A DNA stretch of 64,000 nucleotides from Candidatus Wolfebacteria bacterium GW2011_GWE2_44_13. Its GTDB lineage: Bacteria > Patescibacteriota > Minisyncoccia > UBA6257 > UBA9933. The notes beneath the pieces were generated by a model. That model had not been told where the DNA came from. It did not search any database and saw only the letters and a program-made list of their open reading frames with translations. This document shows, one piece after another, positions 48,870-59,126 of the stretch (within the stretch, counting starts at the first letter, position 1; each line of letters opens with the position of its first letter). The translations under genes and the position numbers were made by a program. The stretch spans positions 289,424 through 353,423 of the forward strand of contig LCHW01000001.1 in NCBI GenBank assembly GCA_001000675.1, read 5' to 3'.

Positions 48870-51800
48870 ATGAATTTTAACGCTATTAAATTGAAAGTCG
48901 CTTCGCCGGAGGACATTCTGAAATGGTCCCATGGTGAAGTTACCAAGCCGGAAACAATCAACTACCGAACCCAGCGTCCGGAAAAGGATGGTTTGTTTTC
49001 TGAGCGTATCTTTGGACCAACAAAAGATTACGAGTGCTATTGTGGAAAATACCGACGCGTTCGTTATAAAGGACTTACGTGTGATAAGTGTGGTGTAGAA
49101 GTAACGCACTCCAGTGTTCGACGAGAACGCATGGGGCATATTTCGCTTGCCGCTCCGGTTGCCCATATTTGGTTCTTGAAAGTTGTTCCATCTCGTTTGT
49201 CACTCTTTTTGGATATTCCAGTGCAGAAGCTTGAAAAGGTTGTGTACTATGCAGCGTATGTTATTACCCGCGTCAATGATGATGCTCGTAAGCGTGTGTT
49301 GAAAGAGCTTGAGGACGAGGTAAAAATGAAGAAGAAGGAGTACGAGGACGACAAGGATAAAGCCAAGATTGTCGAAGATCGCTCTGAGCAAATCAAGAAG
49401 CAATTGAAGTCCCTTAAAGAGGGTCAGATTCTTGCCGAAGCAGAATATTTTGAATTATCTCGAAAATACGGTGATGTGCTTGAGGCACTTTCTGGAGCAG
49501 GCGCTATGCGTCAGCTGTTGGAGAGAATCGACCTTAAGAAGTTGCTCACCCAGACCGAGCGTGAATTAGAAGAAACCGGTGACGAAGGGCAGAAAAAGAA
49601 GTTGCTCATGCGCTTGCGCTTGATCCATGCATTTACTCGACACAATATGCGTCCTGAGTGGATGATCATGACTCAGTTGCCAGTATTGCCGCCAGAAATC
49701 CGACCGATGGTCGCACTTGATGGAGGCCGTTATGCAACATCTGATTTGAACGATTTGTATCGTCGTGTTATCAACCGCAACAACCGTTTGAAGAAGCTCA
49801 TGGAGTTGCATGCGCCGGAGATCATTGTGGTCAACGAAAAGCGCATGTTGCAGGAAGCGGTGGATGCATTGATCGACAATGCGAGCCGTGGAGGAAGTGC
49901 TGTGCAGTTGTCTGCTCAAAAGCGACCATTGCGCTCACTTGCTGATATTTTGAAAGGTAAGCAGGGCCGTTTCCGACAGAACTTGCTTGGAAAGCGCGTA
50001 GATTATTCCGGACGTTCCGTTATTATCGTTGGACCTGAATTGCCGTTGAATTGCTGTGGATTGCCAAAGAAGATGGCACTTGAATTGTTCAAGCCATTTG
50101 TCATTAGCCGTATCATCAGCGACGGACTTGCACACACCATCAAGAATGCTACTCGTTTGATCGAGCAAGCACCTGCTGAAGTGTGGGCAATTCTCGAAGA
50201 CGTTATCAAGGACAAGAAGGTGTTGCTTAACCGTGCACCGACATTGCATCGTCTTGGTATCCAAGCCTTTAAGCCGATTTTGCATGAAGAGCTTGCTATT
50301 AAGATTCCGCCTATGGTTTGTTCTGCGTTTAACGCCGACTTCGACGGAGACCAAATGGCTGTTCACTTGCCACTCTCCGATGAAGCACAGAAAGAGGCAA
50401 CAGAGCTGATGCTCTCTAGCCGCAATATTTTGAAGCCAGCTGACGGTGCACCTGTTGCGTCGCCATCACTCGATATTGTTTTGGGTTGTTACTATTTGAC
50501 CAGTATCGTAGAAGGTGCGAAGGGAGAAGGAAAAGTATTTTCATCACCTGATGAAGCAAAAATCGCGCTTGAAGCCGGATACGTTGCTATCAACGCATCA
50601 GTGAAGATATTAATGGGTCGTGGCAATCTTGTTGAAACCAGCGTAGGCCGCATCATTTTCAATGAAGCGCTTCCTGAGAACTTTGGCTATGAGAATACCC
50701 TTATGAATAAGAAGGGACTCCAGCGCGTTGTTGCTACTGTTACTAGTGAGTACGGTATCGATAACACATGGATGATTCTTGATGCTATCAAAGATCTTGG
50801 ATTCAAATACGCAACTTTGTCTGCTACTACGTGGGCAATGGCCGATCTTATCATTCCAAAAGATAAGAAGGCGATTATCACCCAGGCAGAAAAGGAAGTC
50901 GAAGTTATTGAACAACAGTACGAAGAAGGATTCTTGACCGACGAAGAACGCCGAGAGCGCGTTGTCGAAACGTGGACAGGAACAATGGATAAGGTATCCA
51001 AAGTTACTCCGCTTGCGTTGAAAGAATCAGGACCAGGAAACTCAGCATATTCCATCATCGATTCTGGTGCTCGTGGATCATGGGCATCTGCTATGCAGAT
51101 GATCGGTATGAAAGGTTTGGTGCAGAACCCGCAAGGAGACATTATCGAACTTCCGGTAAAGTCATCCTTCAAGGAAGGACTTTCGGTATTGGAGTTCTTC
51201 ATCAACTCACACGGTGCGCGTAAAGGTTTGACTGATACTGCATTGAAAACTGCAGAGGCAGGATACCTTACTCGTAAGCTCGTGGATGTATCACAGAACT
51301 TAATCATTCGTGAAGATGATTGTAAGACGACCGAAGGGATTGAAATGTATCGCTCCGATGGAGATGAATATGGATATCCGTTTGGAACACGTTGCTTTAG
51401 CCGAACCGTCCTTGAGGATGTAAAGGTAGGTAACAAAGTTATCGTAAAGGCAGGGGAGAGCGTTACGCGCGAAGCTGCTGAAATCATTAACAACGAACCG
51501 AAGATTGAATCTATCAAGATGCGATCACCGCTCCGCTGTAAGACCCTCTATGGTGCTTGCTCGAAGTGTTATGGATACGATTTGGGACGTGGTGAATTGA
51601 TTAAGACCGGAGAAGCTGTTGGTGTTATCGCCGCACAGTCTATCGGTGAACCAGGAACGCAGCTCACGCTCCGTACTTTCCACAAGGGAGGTATCGCGGG
51701 AGTCGACATTACCCATGGTTTACCTCGTGTTCAAGAAATCTTTGAGTGCCGTTTGCCAAAGGGAAAGGCTATCCTTGCCGATGACGATGGTACGATTGAA

Positions 51801-52451
51801 GAAATTGAAGACAAGGACGCATTGAAAGCAGTTCGTTTGAAAATTATCAAGGCAAAGAAAACAAAGATTATTGAATACCTTGTACCACGCAGCATCCGCT
51901 TGTACGTAAAGGTAGGCGATGTCGTTGAACGAGGACAACAGTTGTGCGAAGGAAGCCTTGATTTGAAAGAATTGTTTGAATACCGTGGTATTGAAGCAGT
52001 TGAACGCTATGCAGTGAACGAAATCCAGCGCATTTATGTGCCGGAAGGTAACACGATTAACGATAAGCACATCGAAATCATCGTGAAGCAAATGTTCTCT
52101 CGCGTTATGATTAAGGAGGCGGGTGAGACAGAGTTCGTTACCGGAGAGGTAATCGAAAAGTCTCGTTTCCTTGAAATCAATCGTGAAATGCGAAAGGCAG
52201 GCAAAGCGCCAGCAAAAGCCAAACAGCTCTTACTGGGTATCGCACGGGTATCGCTTTCAACCGAAAGCTTCCTGTCGAGTGCATCCTTCCAGGAAACAAA
52301 CCGCGTACTCGTTGCCGCAGCCACTGAAGGTAAGGAAGATCGTCTCCGAGGACTTAAGGAAAACGTTATTATCGGTAAGCTCATTCCTGCGGGAACTGGC
52401 TATAATTTAACGGGAACCGAAGAGTTTCTTGAAGAGGAAGTGTTGGAATAA
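48870..52451 (+). CDS. rpoC: DNA-directed RNA polymerase subunit beta'
   Basis: Zinc finger [23 protein letters not shown], catalytic NADFDGDQM and a trigger-loop region. The ORF opens at GTG 48804, but [16 protein letters not shown] at 48870 matches the conserved N-terminus. Confidence 0.95.
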   Translation: MNFNAIKLKVASPEDILKWSHGEVTKPETINYRTQRPEKDGLFSERIFGPTKDYECYCGKYRRVRYKGLTCDKCGVEVTHSSVRRERMGHISLAAPVAHIWFLKVVPSRLSLFLDIPVQKLEKVVYYAAYVITRVNDDARKRVLKELEDEVKMKKKEYEDDKDKAKIVEDRSEQIKKQLKSLKEGQILAEAEYFELSRKYGDVLEALSGAGAMRQLLERIDLKKLLTQTERELEETGDEGQKKKLLMRLRLIHAFTRHNMRPEWMIMTQLPVLPPEIRPMVALDGGRYATSDLNDLYRRVINRNNRLKKLMELHAPEIIVVNEKRMLQEAVDALIDNASRGGSAVQLSAQKRPLRSLADILKGKQGRFRQNLLGKRVDYSGRSVIIVGPELPLNCCGLPKKMALELFKPFVISRIISDGLAHTIKNATRLIEQAPAEVWAILEDVIKDKKVLLNRAPTLHRLGIQAFKPILHEELAIKIPPMVCSAFNADFDGDQMAVHLPLSDEAQKEATELMLSSRNILKPADGAPVASPSLDIVLGCYYLTSIVEGAKGEGKVFSSPDEAKIALEAGYVAINASVKILMGRGNLVETSVGRIIFNEALPENFGYENTLMNKKGLQRVVATVTSEYGIDNTWMILDAIKDLGFKYATLSATTWAMADLIIPKDKKAIITQAEKEVEVIEQQYEEGFLTDEERRERVVETWTGTMDKVSKVTPLALKESGPGNSAYSIIDSGARGSWASAMQMIGMKGLVQNPQGDIIELPVKSSFKEGLSVLEFFINSHGARKGLTDTALKTAEAGYLTRKLVDVSQNLIIREDDCKTTEGIEMYRSDGDEYGYPFGTRCFSRTVLEDVKVGNKVIVKAGESVTREAAEIINNEPKIESIKMRSPLRCKTLYGACSKCYGYDLGRGELIKTGEAVGVIAAQSIGEPGTQLTLRTFHKGGIAGVDITHGLPRVQEIFECRLPKGKAILADDDGTIEEIEDKDALKAVRLKIIKAKKTKIIEYLVPRSIRLYVKVGDVVERGQQLCEGSLDLKELFEYRGIEAVERYAVNEIQRIYVPEGNTINDKHIEIIVKQMFSRVMIKEAGETEFVTGEVIEKSRFLEINREMRKAGKAPAKAKQLLLGIARVSLSTESFLSSASFQETNRVLVAAATEGKEDRLRGLKENVIIGKLIPAGTGYNLTGTEEFLEEEVLE

Positions 52452-52486
52452 TCAACAATTAACTGAAAAGACTCCGCCTCCCCGTG

Positions 52487-52513
52487 TCATTCCCGCGGAG
52501 GCGGGAATCCAGT
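52487..52513. repeat. REP-like palindromic half-element
   Basis: gtcattcccgcggaggcgggaatccag lies between rpoC and rpsF. Confidence 0.45.
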
Positions 52514-52558
52514 ATTTCTGCTTTGACATTAAGCAAATAATCTAGTACAGTACACACC

Positions 52559-52993
52559 ATGGAACAGCAAGTAAAAAAATATGAAATCGGGTTTTTGGTA
52601 AGGGAAGAATCCGAAGTCGACGAAATCAAGAACGCACTCGCAGCCGCAAAGGCAGAAGTCGTTTCTGAAGGTCGATTGAAGAAGATTCGCTTATCCTATC
52701 CTATTAAAAAGGAAACAGTAGCCCATTTCGGTTATTACTGGTTCATGCTTGATACTCAGGCCGTAAAGGAAATGGACGCAAAATTGCGTCTCAATACCAA
52801 AGTTTTGCGACACATCATAATCGCGGAACCGCTTGAGCTCAACAATGAAGAACGAGTAGCCGGAGTACGTGGTGAAAAGACCGAGAAACCTCGAGAGCGT
52901 TCTGCTGAGAAGCCTGCAACAAAAAAACCAGCTGATTTTGATGCAGTCGACAATGCTGTGCTTGAGAAGACGTTAGAAGACATCCTAAAATAA
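52559..52993 (+). CDS. rpsF: 30S ribosomal protein S6
   Basis: MEQQVKKYEIGFLVRE...GRLKKIRLSYPIKKETVAHFGYYWF with an acidic/basic C-terminal tail. Confidence 0.9.
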   Translation: MEQQVKKYEIGFLVREESEVDEIKNALAAAKAEVVSEGRLKKIRLSYPIKKETVAHFGYYWFMLDTQAVKEMDAKLRLNTKVLRHIIIAEPLELNNEERVAGVRGEKTEKPRERSAEKPATKKPADFDAVDNAVLEKTLEDILK

Positions 52994-53019
52994 TCATACT
53001 TCATGTGTTTGGCGATCTG

Positions 53020-53111
53020 CTGTGTTGCGGGTCCTCGTTGTTTCGGTCGAAGTGCTACTGCACGTCTTCCTCGACAACGTTCCCGCGCCTTGCATCTCAT
53101 CCAAACACAAG
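53020..53111 (+). repeat. conserved structured intergenic element, copy B (downstream of rpsF)
   Basis: Paralog of 23065-23157 (see copy A). Starts 27 nt after the rpsF stop and ends 28 nt before ssb. Confidence 0.45.
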
Positions 53112-53138
53112 AACTATGAGCACAATTAATACTCATTT

Positions 53139-53618
53139 ATGGATCTAAACAAAGTATTCGTAGCCGGTCGTTTAACCGCAGATCCGATCCTGAAGACAAC
53201 ACCGCAAGGTCAGTCAGTAGCAACCTTCTCAATCGCAACTAACAGTTCGTGGATTGATAAGAGTGGTGCGAAAAAGGAAGAGGTCGAATATCACAACATT
53301 GTGGTATGGGGGCGACAGGCGGAAAATTCTGCAAAGTTTCTCACCAAGGGAGCAATCGCACTCGTCGAAGGACGAATGAAGACGCGCTCATGGCAAAACC
53401 AGCAAGGACAGACCGTAAAAACTACCGAGATCATCGCTGATCGTGTCCAGTTTGGACCACGAGCAGGCGGAGGAGGAGGTATGGCTGCGCACACAAATCA
53501 TGCTGATGCGCCAGCGCACGACGACTTTGGATCAGGCCCTTCTTCACTTGAAGAAGAAGCCCTTCCACAAATCGATATCGATGAAGAAGATATCAAGCCG
53601 GAGGACTTACCGTTCTAA
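53139..53618 (+). CDS. ssb: single-stranded DNA-binding protein
   Basis: OB-fold start MDLNKVFVAGRLTADP, a Gly-rich linker and an acidic C-terminal tip ...DIKPEDLPF. Confidence 0.9.
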   Translation: MDLNKVFVAGRLTADPILKTTPQGQSVATFSIATNSSWIDKSGAKKEEVEYHNIVVWGRQAENSAKFLTKGAIALVEGRMKTRSWQNQQGQTVKTTEIIADRVQFGPRAGGGGGMAAHTNHADAPAHDDFGSGPSSLEEEALPQIDIDEEDIKPEDLPF

Positions 53619-53706
53619 GGCAGCAGGAGTTGATACGTTAGCCGGTTCGTCGAACCGTGGCGACCGAACAACGTTCCACCAACCAATCAACTAATACAAC
53701 AAACAT

Positions 53707-53913
53707 ATGGTAACAAAGCAATGCTTTTTCTGTTCTCAAAACTTGAAGACACTCGACTATAAAGAAGTCGATTTACTGAAGCGTTTCGTTTCTGGTCAGG
53801 CTAAGATCATCGATCCTCGCCACACCGGAACATGCGCAAAGCACCAGCGTATGATTGCGAGTGCTGTAAAGCGTTCCCGATTCATGGCGCTGCTTCCGTT
53901 CGTAAAACGATAA
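53707..53913 (+). CDS. rpsR: 30S ribosomal protein S18
   Basis: 68 aa. CFFC...YKEVDLLKRFVSGQAKI...R is typical of S18. Confidence 0.9.
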   Translation: MVTKQCFFCSQNLKTLDYKEVDLLKRFVSGQAKIIDPRHTGTCAKHQRMIASAVKRSRFMALLPFVKR

Positions 53914-53998
53914 GAATTTTTTCGAAAATTCTTTACTCGGTTTGCTCGCCCAACATGCAAATGCATTTGCCCGTTGGCGCTCGCTGCCGAGCATGAAC

Positions 53999-54036
53999 AA
54001 CTAAAAATCCCCAGCCTTTGGCTGGGGATTTTTAGT
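53999..54036 (+). terminator. rho-independent terminator
   Basis: ctaaaaatccccagcc-tttg-gctggggatttttag. Confidence 0.55.
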
Positions 54037-54046
54037 TAAACAGCCT

Positions 54047-54110
54047 GTCATTCCCCGCGGAGCTTGCCGCGTGGTCCATCTCGGGTGGACTTTACGTGGG
54101 CGGGAATCCA
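54047..54110. repeat. REP-like element with internal insertion
   Basis: gtcattccccgcgga...[~35 nt]...gggcgggaatcca. Confidence 0.4.
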
Positions 54111-54589
54111 TCTTTTCGTACTTTTTCAAAAAAGTACATCCGTCGGATTCGTGTCGGAGTAATCGAATCCGACAGCCCGGCACGTTGCACGTTTACTTCG
54201 CTCACTAGCAACGCCAAGGGCAAAACTTCGAACCAGAAATATTTCGGGGTCGCCTCCAAAACGGCTGAAGCTCGGAACTCGTACGCCGAGGGTAGGCGCA
54301 CTCAAACACCGAGCTTCTTCCGATATTTTTCCAGCGCCCTTAATCCGAAATATTTCCATGTTCGTAAACTCAAAATCCGTCCCTTCCGTCATTCCTGCGA
54401 AAGCCCAAATTTGTGCGACGATTTTATTAGTTATAACTTTACGCTATAGCGTAAAGTTATGGCTAATATAAAAAGGGTGTGTTGCCCCCCTGAAAGCCAA
54501 GGGTGCTTCTGGGAAATTTGACAATTTTCTGCTATTCGTGTTAGATAAAGCCAGATCTAAAACAACTTTAAGGAATGGGAGATTGTGCG

Positions 54590-55351
54590 ATGAAGCAGAT
54601 TATTTGGTTGGTATTGGTAATGGCACTGTGTTCCTCCGCCGTACTTGCTGCTGATGTTGTGCAGCGAGAGGGAAAGGATGTGGTCCGGTATAGCATGGTT
54701 GAATTGGAACGGTACAAAGATGTTCCTTCGGCCGTGCCTAACGAAGAGGCGATCAAGATTGTGCAAAGTGGCAAAGGGGAGTATGTTCTGCCGGAGAAAA
54801 AATTAAAGCTTATACTCCGCGCAAGATTGCCAATCATGCACACGTATATTAGCGAAGAAACTGCTTGGCAATATCGTGATGGAGCTTGGGTTTCGTCTGC
54901 GACGCAGGAAAAGCCGCCTTTCAAGAACAGCACATGGGGCACTATTTTTCTATTAGTGTTCCCAACCGTGGCGCTGATGGTTATGAGTATCGGCAATCGA
55001 ATAACCTCAACAGGGGGTTCTCGCTTGCTCCTGCCGTATGGGTTTTTCGTGACTGCTCCGCTTGTAACGATGTGGTGGAGCAATTACCTAGGACCTTTCT
55101 TGGTTGCTGCGATAGTGCTTATATTTTTAGCAATATGCAGTGATGACTTCGAGTGGAAATTTTTTCCCGCTATCGCGAATATTTTAGGCCTTCTTCTTGT
55201 CTCTGCTGCGACGTATTTTCCGACATGGGAGTCGGAGATGGCATTTTCAATTATTTACCCCACGCTTCTCTCTGGGAGTTGCCTGGCTTCGTATGTAGTC
55301 AGTCGGCTGTTCTTTAAACGCCCCGTTCCCCCCGTTCCTTTGGAATCCTGA
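54590..55351 (+). CDS. hypothetical membrane protein with a signal peptide
   Basis: Start MKQIIWLVLVMALCSSAVLA is a cleavable signal peptide. Several TM helices lie in the C-terminal half. gggaga sits 7 nt before the ATG. Confidence 0.5.
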   Translation: MKQIIWLVLVMALCSSAVLAADVVQREGKDVVRYSMVELERYKDVPSAVPNEEAIKIVQSGKGEYVLPEKKLKLILRARLPIMHTYISEETAWQYRDGAWVSSATQEKPPFKNSTWGTIFLLVFPTVALMVMSIGNRITSTGGSRLLLPYGFFVTAPLVTMWWSNYLGPFLVAAIVLIFLAICSDDFEWKFFPAIANILGLLLVSAATYFPTWESEMAFSIIYPTLLSGSCLASYVVSRLFFKRPVPPVPLES

Positions 55352-55450
55352 TACCCCTTTGGGATCCAGGGCCGTTAGCTTGCTGACGGCCCTTTTTTGT
55401 GCCTCTATTTTTGTAGCCCCTGTGCTTATTTTTTGGTATACTTGCTTTGT

Positions 55451-55624
55451 ATGGCTAACTTTATATTATTGAAAGCCTTTGATTCAAAGGCAAAAGCAGA
55501 AGAATTTCGTTTTTTGTTTGAAATGATGGGTGTTGACGCCAAAACTGATAAAGGGAATCTATTAGTTTCTGAGGATCACTTACAAAAAGCAAAAGAATTG
55601 GCAGAAGATTATTTTAAGGAATAA
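55451..55624 (+). CDS. small hypothetical protein
   Basis: 57-aa helical acidic protein (MANFILLKAFDSKAKAEEF...). The ORF extends upstream to 55397. Weak call. Confidence 0.3.
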   Translation: MANFILLKAFDSKAKAEEFRFLFEMMGVDAKTDKGNLLVSEDHLQKAKELAEDYFKE

Positions 55625-55626
55625 GT

Positions 55627-56532
55627 ATGACATTATACACGCACAAGGATTCTAATATCCGAAAAACCTGGTTTTTATTTACCGCATTTCTCATTGTCGT
55701 TATTGGCATTGGATACCTTTTTTCGAGCATCTATCAGTCATCCGCTATTTTGTATGGCGTAATTGGCTTTGCATTTTTTATGAATTTCTTTTCGTATTGG
55801 TTCTCCGACAAAATTGTTTTGTCTATGGCACATGCGAAACAAATTGAGAAAAAGGACAATCCTGATTTGTATAACATTGTGGAAAATTTATGCATTACTG
55901 CGGGCTTGCCTATGCCGCGACTGTATATTGTACATGAATCGCAACCAAACGCATTTGCAACAGGGCGTGATCCAAAGCACGCAGTCGTCGCGGTTACGCA
56001 AGGGCTCCTTGATAAGCTCGATCGCGCTGAACTTGAAGGTGTTATTGCGCATGAATTGTCCCACGTTGGTAATCGAGATATGTTGATTGGTACGGTAGTT
56101 GTGGTTCTTGTAGGATTCATTTCTATTTTGGCAGATATTTTTATGCGCTCTGCGCTATGGGGAAGTTTTTCTGATCGAGATAATCGTGACAGTGGGCAGG
56201 CAGGGGCTATTATATTTGTTATCGGCATTGCTGTTTCAATCCTTGCGCCTATTTCTGCACAGTTGATGCATTTGGCTATTTCACGTAAGCGTGAATTTCT
56301 TGCGGATGCTTCGGGTGCATTATTGACCCGCTATCCAGAAGGCCTTGCGAGTGCGTTAGAAAAGATTTCCAGCGCTTCTGTGCCCATGAGCGTAGCAAAT
56401 AATACCACGGCTCACTTATGGCTCGATGACCCGTTCAAGGGCCGCCAGAAGACAAATTGGCTGCATAAGATGTTTATGACCCATCCACCTGCGGAGGAGC
56501 GAATAGCAGCGCTTCGCGGTATGAAAGTTTGA
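55627..56532 (+). CDS. htpX: M48-family zinc metalloprotease HtpX
   Basis: HELSH (HExxH) followed by a downstream Glu. Two N-terminal TM helices. Confidence 0.85.
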   Translation: MTLYTHKDSNIRKTWFLFTAFLIVVIGIGYLFSSIYQSSAILYGVIGFAFFMNFFSYWFSDKIVLSMAHAKQIEKKDNPDLYNIVENLCITAGLPMPRLYIVHESQPNAFATGRDPKHAVVAVTQGLLDKLDRAELEGVIAHELSHVGNRDMLIGTVVVVLVGFISILADIFMRSALWGSFSDRDNRDSGQAGAIIFVIGIAVSILAPISAQLMHLAISRKREFLADASGALLTRYPEGLASALEKISSASVPMSVANNTTAHLWLDDPFKGRQKTNWLHKMFMTHPPAEERIAALRGMKV

Positions 56533-56588
56533 AATTGAATTGGTCGATTTTCACATTCACTCACGTAATAATTTGACGATTTATCTAT

Positions 56589-57242
56589 ATGATACAACGT
56601 GTAGAACAACTTGAGGCAAAAGTGAAAGCGTTGAAGAAAGAAATTTCTGGGTGTAAAAAGGAATTAACAAGGCTGCAAAAAACTGCTGAGTTTGATTTTT
56701 TAACTGGCGTATATAATCGGCATGGATTTATGCGTGAGTCTGAGCGTTTTATCCGAGAAATGGAGGCTGAACGAAAACATCAAGGGAGACGACAAACCCC
56801 TCTTGTTTCGCGTATATCTATAATTTTTATCGACGTAGACAACCTCAAGCGCGTCAATGATACCTTAGGACATAAAGAGGGTGATCGATATTTGCTGCTT
56901 ATTGCTCGAGTGCTTACCCGTTCGGTACGAAGTACTATCGATATCGTTGGACGCTGGGGCGGAGATGAATTTGTCATTGCATTGATTAATGCAACCGATG
57001 CGGAAGCACTTCGCGTTGCAGAAAAGCTAAAGCGACGAATAGGAAAAATTCCGCTGTACAAAAAAATGGATTCCGATTTTGTTTGCAGCGCCAGCTTTGG
57101 GTTGATCTCTACCGACGGGACGCACCAGCATCCGAATTATGGTTTACACGAACTGATAGAGAAAGCGGATAAGGCCATGTATGAAGCAAAGACAACGGAA
57201 GGAAAAGGGGTCATTGTTTCCTTTTCAGAAATAACAGAGTAA
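56589..57242 (+). CDS. GGDEF-domain diguanylate cyclase with an N-terminal coiled coil
   Basis: RWGGDEFVIAL active-site motif. N-terminal heptad region (VEQLEAKVKALKKEISGCKKELTRLQK). Confidence 0.8.
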   Translation: MIQRVEQLEAKVKALKKEISGCKKELTRLQKTAEFDFLTGVYNRHGFMRESERFIREMEAERKHQGRRQTPLVSRISIIFIDVDNLKRVNDTLGHKEGDRYLLLIARVLTRSVRSTIDIVGRWGGDEFVIALINATDAEALRVAEKLKRRIGKIPLYKKMDSDFVCSASFGLISTDGTHQHPNYGLHELIEKADKAMYEAKTTEGKGVIVSFSEITE

Positions 57243-57253
57243 AATACTCATAT

Positions 57254-57511
57254 ATGGGATTTTCGCTATTTCGCGTTAAATATATTCCGGTGTATGTTGC
57301 CTTCAATGCAAATCTTGCGTGGATTGTGCAGGATTATTTATTGGCAAATGGCATTGATGCGAGTATTGAGGTTGAACCGTGTTCCCGAGAAGGTGTTTGC
57401 GAGACAAAAGACTCCTACGCCGTTTGTGTTCCTGGAAGCAAGGCTGAGGCTGCACAAAAATTTGTTGAGCAATGTGAAGCAACGAAGATAATTGGTTTTC
57501 TTGCTGCATAA
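57254..57511 (+). CDS. small DUF2007-like (PII-like fold) protein
   Basis: 85-aa ORF whose pattern (VKYIPVYVAFNANLAWIVQDYLLANGIDASIE) resembles the 'putative signal transducing protein' family. A bidirectional terminator follows. Confidence 0.35.
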   Translation: MGFSLFRVKYIPVYVAFNANLAWIVQDYLLANGIDASIEVEPCSREGVCETKDSYAVCVPGSKAEAAQKFVEQCEATKIIGFLAA

Positions 57512-57549
57512 ACAAAAAAACGCCCAAGGCGTTTTTTTGTTTATGCAAA

Positions 57550-57969
57550 TTAGTGCCACATCCCGAGAATAAGACCAAAAAGCACAAAGAGAACGAGTTG
57601 ATATCCTGCTTGAATCAAGAATCGTGCCCATGATACTTTTGCGGAGTCGTTATTCCACATAGCAGATCCTGCCACCGTTGGCATAATGAACGCCGCCCAA
57701 ATCCAAAGTGCATTTATTAATCCAGAGGCATCTGTCCATCCTGCAATATAGTAGGCAAGTACCCAGACTTGGAAAAGTGAAAGAATAAATTGAACGACAT
57801 AGAGTTTATTCGCGCGCTTCATCATTTCTCTTCTTACGATCTCGTCGAGCTTAGTTGCCCCGGTTATTTCCAGCCATTTTTTACCGAAGAGTGGTCCGTA
57901 CCAGATAAACCCCAAAACCATAGAAAGAATAGCACATACTAATACTGCCCAGTAGTTTATTGTAATCAT
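57550..57969 (-). CDS. DUF1761-like integral membrane protein
   Basis: MITINYWAVLVCAILSMVLGFIWYGPLFGKKW matches the DUF1761 N-terminal signature. Four TM helices. Confidence 0.5.
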   Translation of the reverse strand: MITINYWAVLVCAILSMVLGFIWYGPLFGKKWLEITGATKLDEIVRREMMKRANKLYVVQFILSLFQVWVLAYYIAGWTDASGLINALWIWAAFIMPTVAGSAMWNNDSAKVSWARFLIQAGYQLVLFVLFGLILGMWH

Positions 57970-58001
57970 AGTGTTATAAAAAATTATTCGACCTTTTGTT
58001 C

Positions 58002-58622
58002 TTAGTGGTTATGTTGCTTTATTGTAAAGACATGAGCATCTGCAGCTTTTGAATCTTCCGAGAGTAATAGTAGTTCTGAGTTTCCGAAGTGAAACATTGT
58101 GAGAATATCCTTCCAGTCAAGATTGTAATAGGCTGCGTAGAGCATCTTTCCTAAATCTCCGTGAGAAACGAGTAAGATATTTTCATCATCTGCGTGTGCA
58201 TCTTTTATTTCTTGTAGTGCGCGCTTTGCCCGTTCTAGAAGCTGGGGAAATGTTTCTGCGTTTTCAGCGGTAAGAAAATAGGTAACGATGTTCGTTTTGA
58301 TAATATTAGGGGCACAAAGTAATGCTATGTCCTTTACTAATTTACCAGTCATTACTCCAAAATCTCGCTCAATTAGCAGGGGCATTTTTTGGGGATCTAG
58401 TAATCCAAGTTTTTTCGTTACTATTTCTGCGGTAGCATATGCGCGACATAGGGGAGAGCTATATACGGCGTCAAAAGTAAGCCCAAGCTTTTCAATGTGT
58501 GTGGCTAATTGCTGCGCTTGTTCGATACCAATCGCAGTAAGTGGACGATCTCTGTGTCCGTTTAAAATACCCTCGGCATTATCTTCGTTTTGTCCGTGAC
58601 GCGAAAGGTATATGTGTAACAT
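58002..58622 (-). CDS. histidine phosphatase family protein (phosphoglycerate-mutase-like)
   Basis: LSRHGQNEDN... RHG catalytic motif and a second His in LLVSHGD. Confidence 0.75.
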   Translation of the reverse strand: MLHIYLSRHGQNEDNAEGILNGHRDRPLTAIGIEQAQQLATHIEKLGLTFDAVYSSPLCRAYATAEIVTKKLGLLDPQKMPLLIERDFGVMTGKLVKDIALLCAPNIIKTNIVTYFLTAENAETFPQLLERAKRALQEIKDAHADDENILLVSHGDLGKMLYAAYYNLDWKDILTMFHFGNSELLLLSEDSKAADAHVFTIKQHNH

Positions 58623-58768
58623 TAGTATAATCCTATCATATTTTGATCATAAGTTGCCAAAGGCCCTGTTTTCACTTACAATACCATGGTATTTACTACA
58701 TGGAGGGGTCGCATCCAGCCCAAGGCTGGTCCGCCCTGGGCGGAAGTGGTCGTCTACTTATTTTATAT

Positions 58769-59056
58769 ATGCATTACGTGTATATTATCAGGAGTGATAA
58801 AAATGGTAAGTTGTATAAAGGATCAACCTGTGATTTAAAAACGCGATTACGTGAACATAATAGCGGTGTGACGCAATCTACGAAGGCTTACGCTCCGTGG
58901 CGATTAGTGTATTATGCGGTATTTGCGGATAAGACAGACGCGTTGCGTGAGGAGTTGTTTTTAAAGAGTGGCAAAGGGAGAGAGCGTGTAAACTTTTTAC
59001 TTGCCAATACTCTTGTGAGATGCCAAAATACAAAGAATATTGGAGGGGTCGCATAG
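58769..59056 (+). CDS. GIY-YIG nuclease-superfamily protein
   Basis: MHYVYIIRSDKNGKLYKGSTCDLKTRLREHN carries the GIY-YIG catalytic motifs. 95 aa. The stop codon lies inside the first 15 nt of tRNA-Ser. Confidence 0.6.
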   Translation: MHYVYIIRSDKNGKLYKGSTCDLKTRLREHNSGVTQSTKAYAPWRLVYYAVFADKTDALREELFLKSGKGRERVNFLLANTLVRCQNTKNIGGVA

Positions 59057-59126
59057 TGGCCGATTGCGCTCGCTTGGAAAGCGGGTATACCGCAAGGTAT
59101 CAAGGGTTCGAATCCCTTCCCCTCCG
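59042..59126 (+). tRNA. tRNA-Ser (anticodon GGA), class II with long variable arm
   Basis: Acceptor GGAGGGG/CCCCUCC and discriminator G. Anticodon loop UUGGAAA. Variable-arm hairpin UAUACC-GCAA-GGUAUC. T-arm AAGGG-UUCGAAU-CCCUU. Confidence 0.8.

Noticed and set aside
47603-51517. Long minus-strand ORFs inside rpoB and rpoC (e.g. 47603-48178 and 50687-51517)
   Set aside because: They are antisense to universally conserved RNA polymerase genes. The compositional bias of the sense strand produces long open antisense frames.
54096-54449. 117-aa plus-strand ORF after rpsR
   Set aside because: Its R/S/T-rich, protein-unlike composition sits over dense hairpins and a REP-like repeat. There is no RBS. 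I treated it as non-coding (see finding).
54037-54589. RNase P RNA, tmRNA or SRP RNA in the large gap after rpsR
   Set aside because: The diagnostic motifs were not found: P4/GGAAAGUCC for RNase P, the tRNA-like 3' end plus an ...ALAA tag frame for tmRNA, and the domain IV GGAA/AGCAG for SRP RNA.
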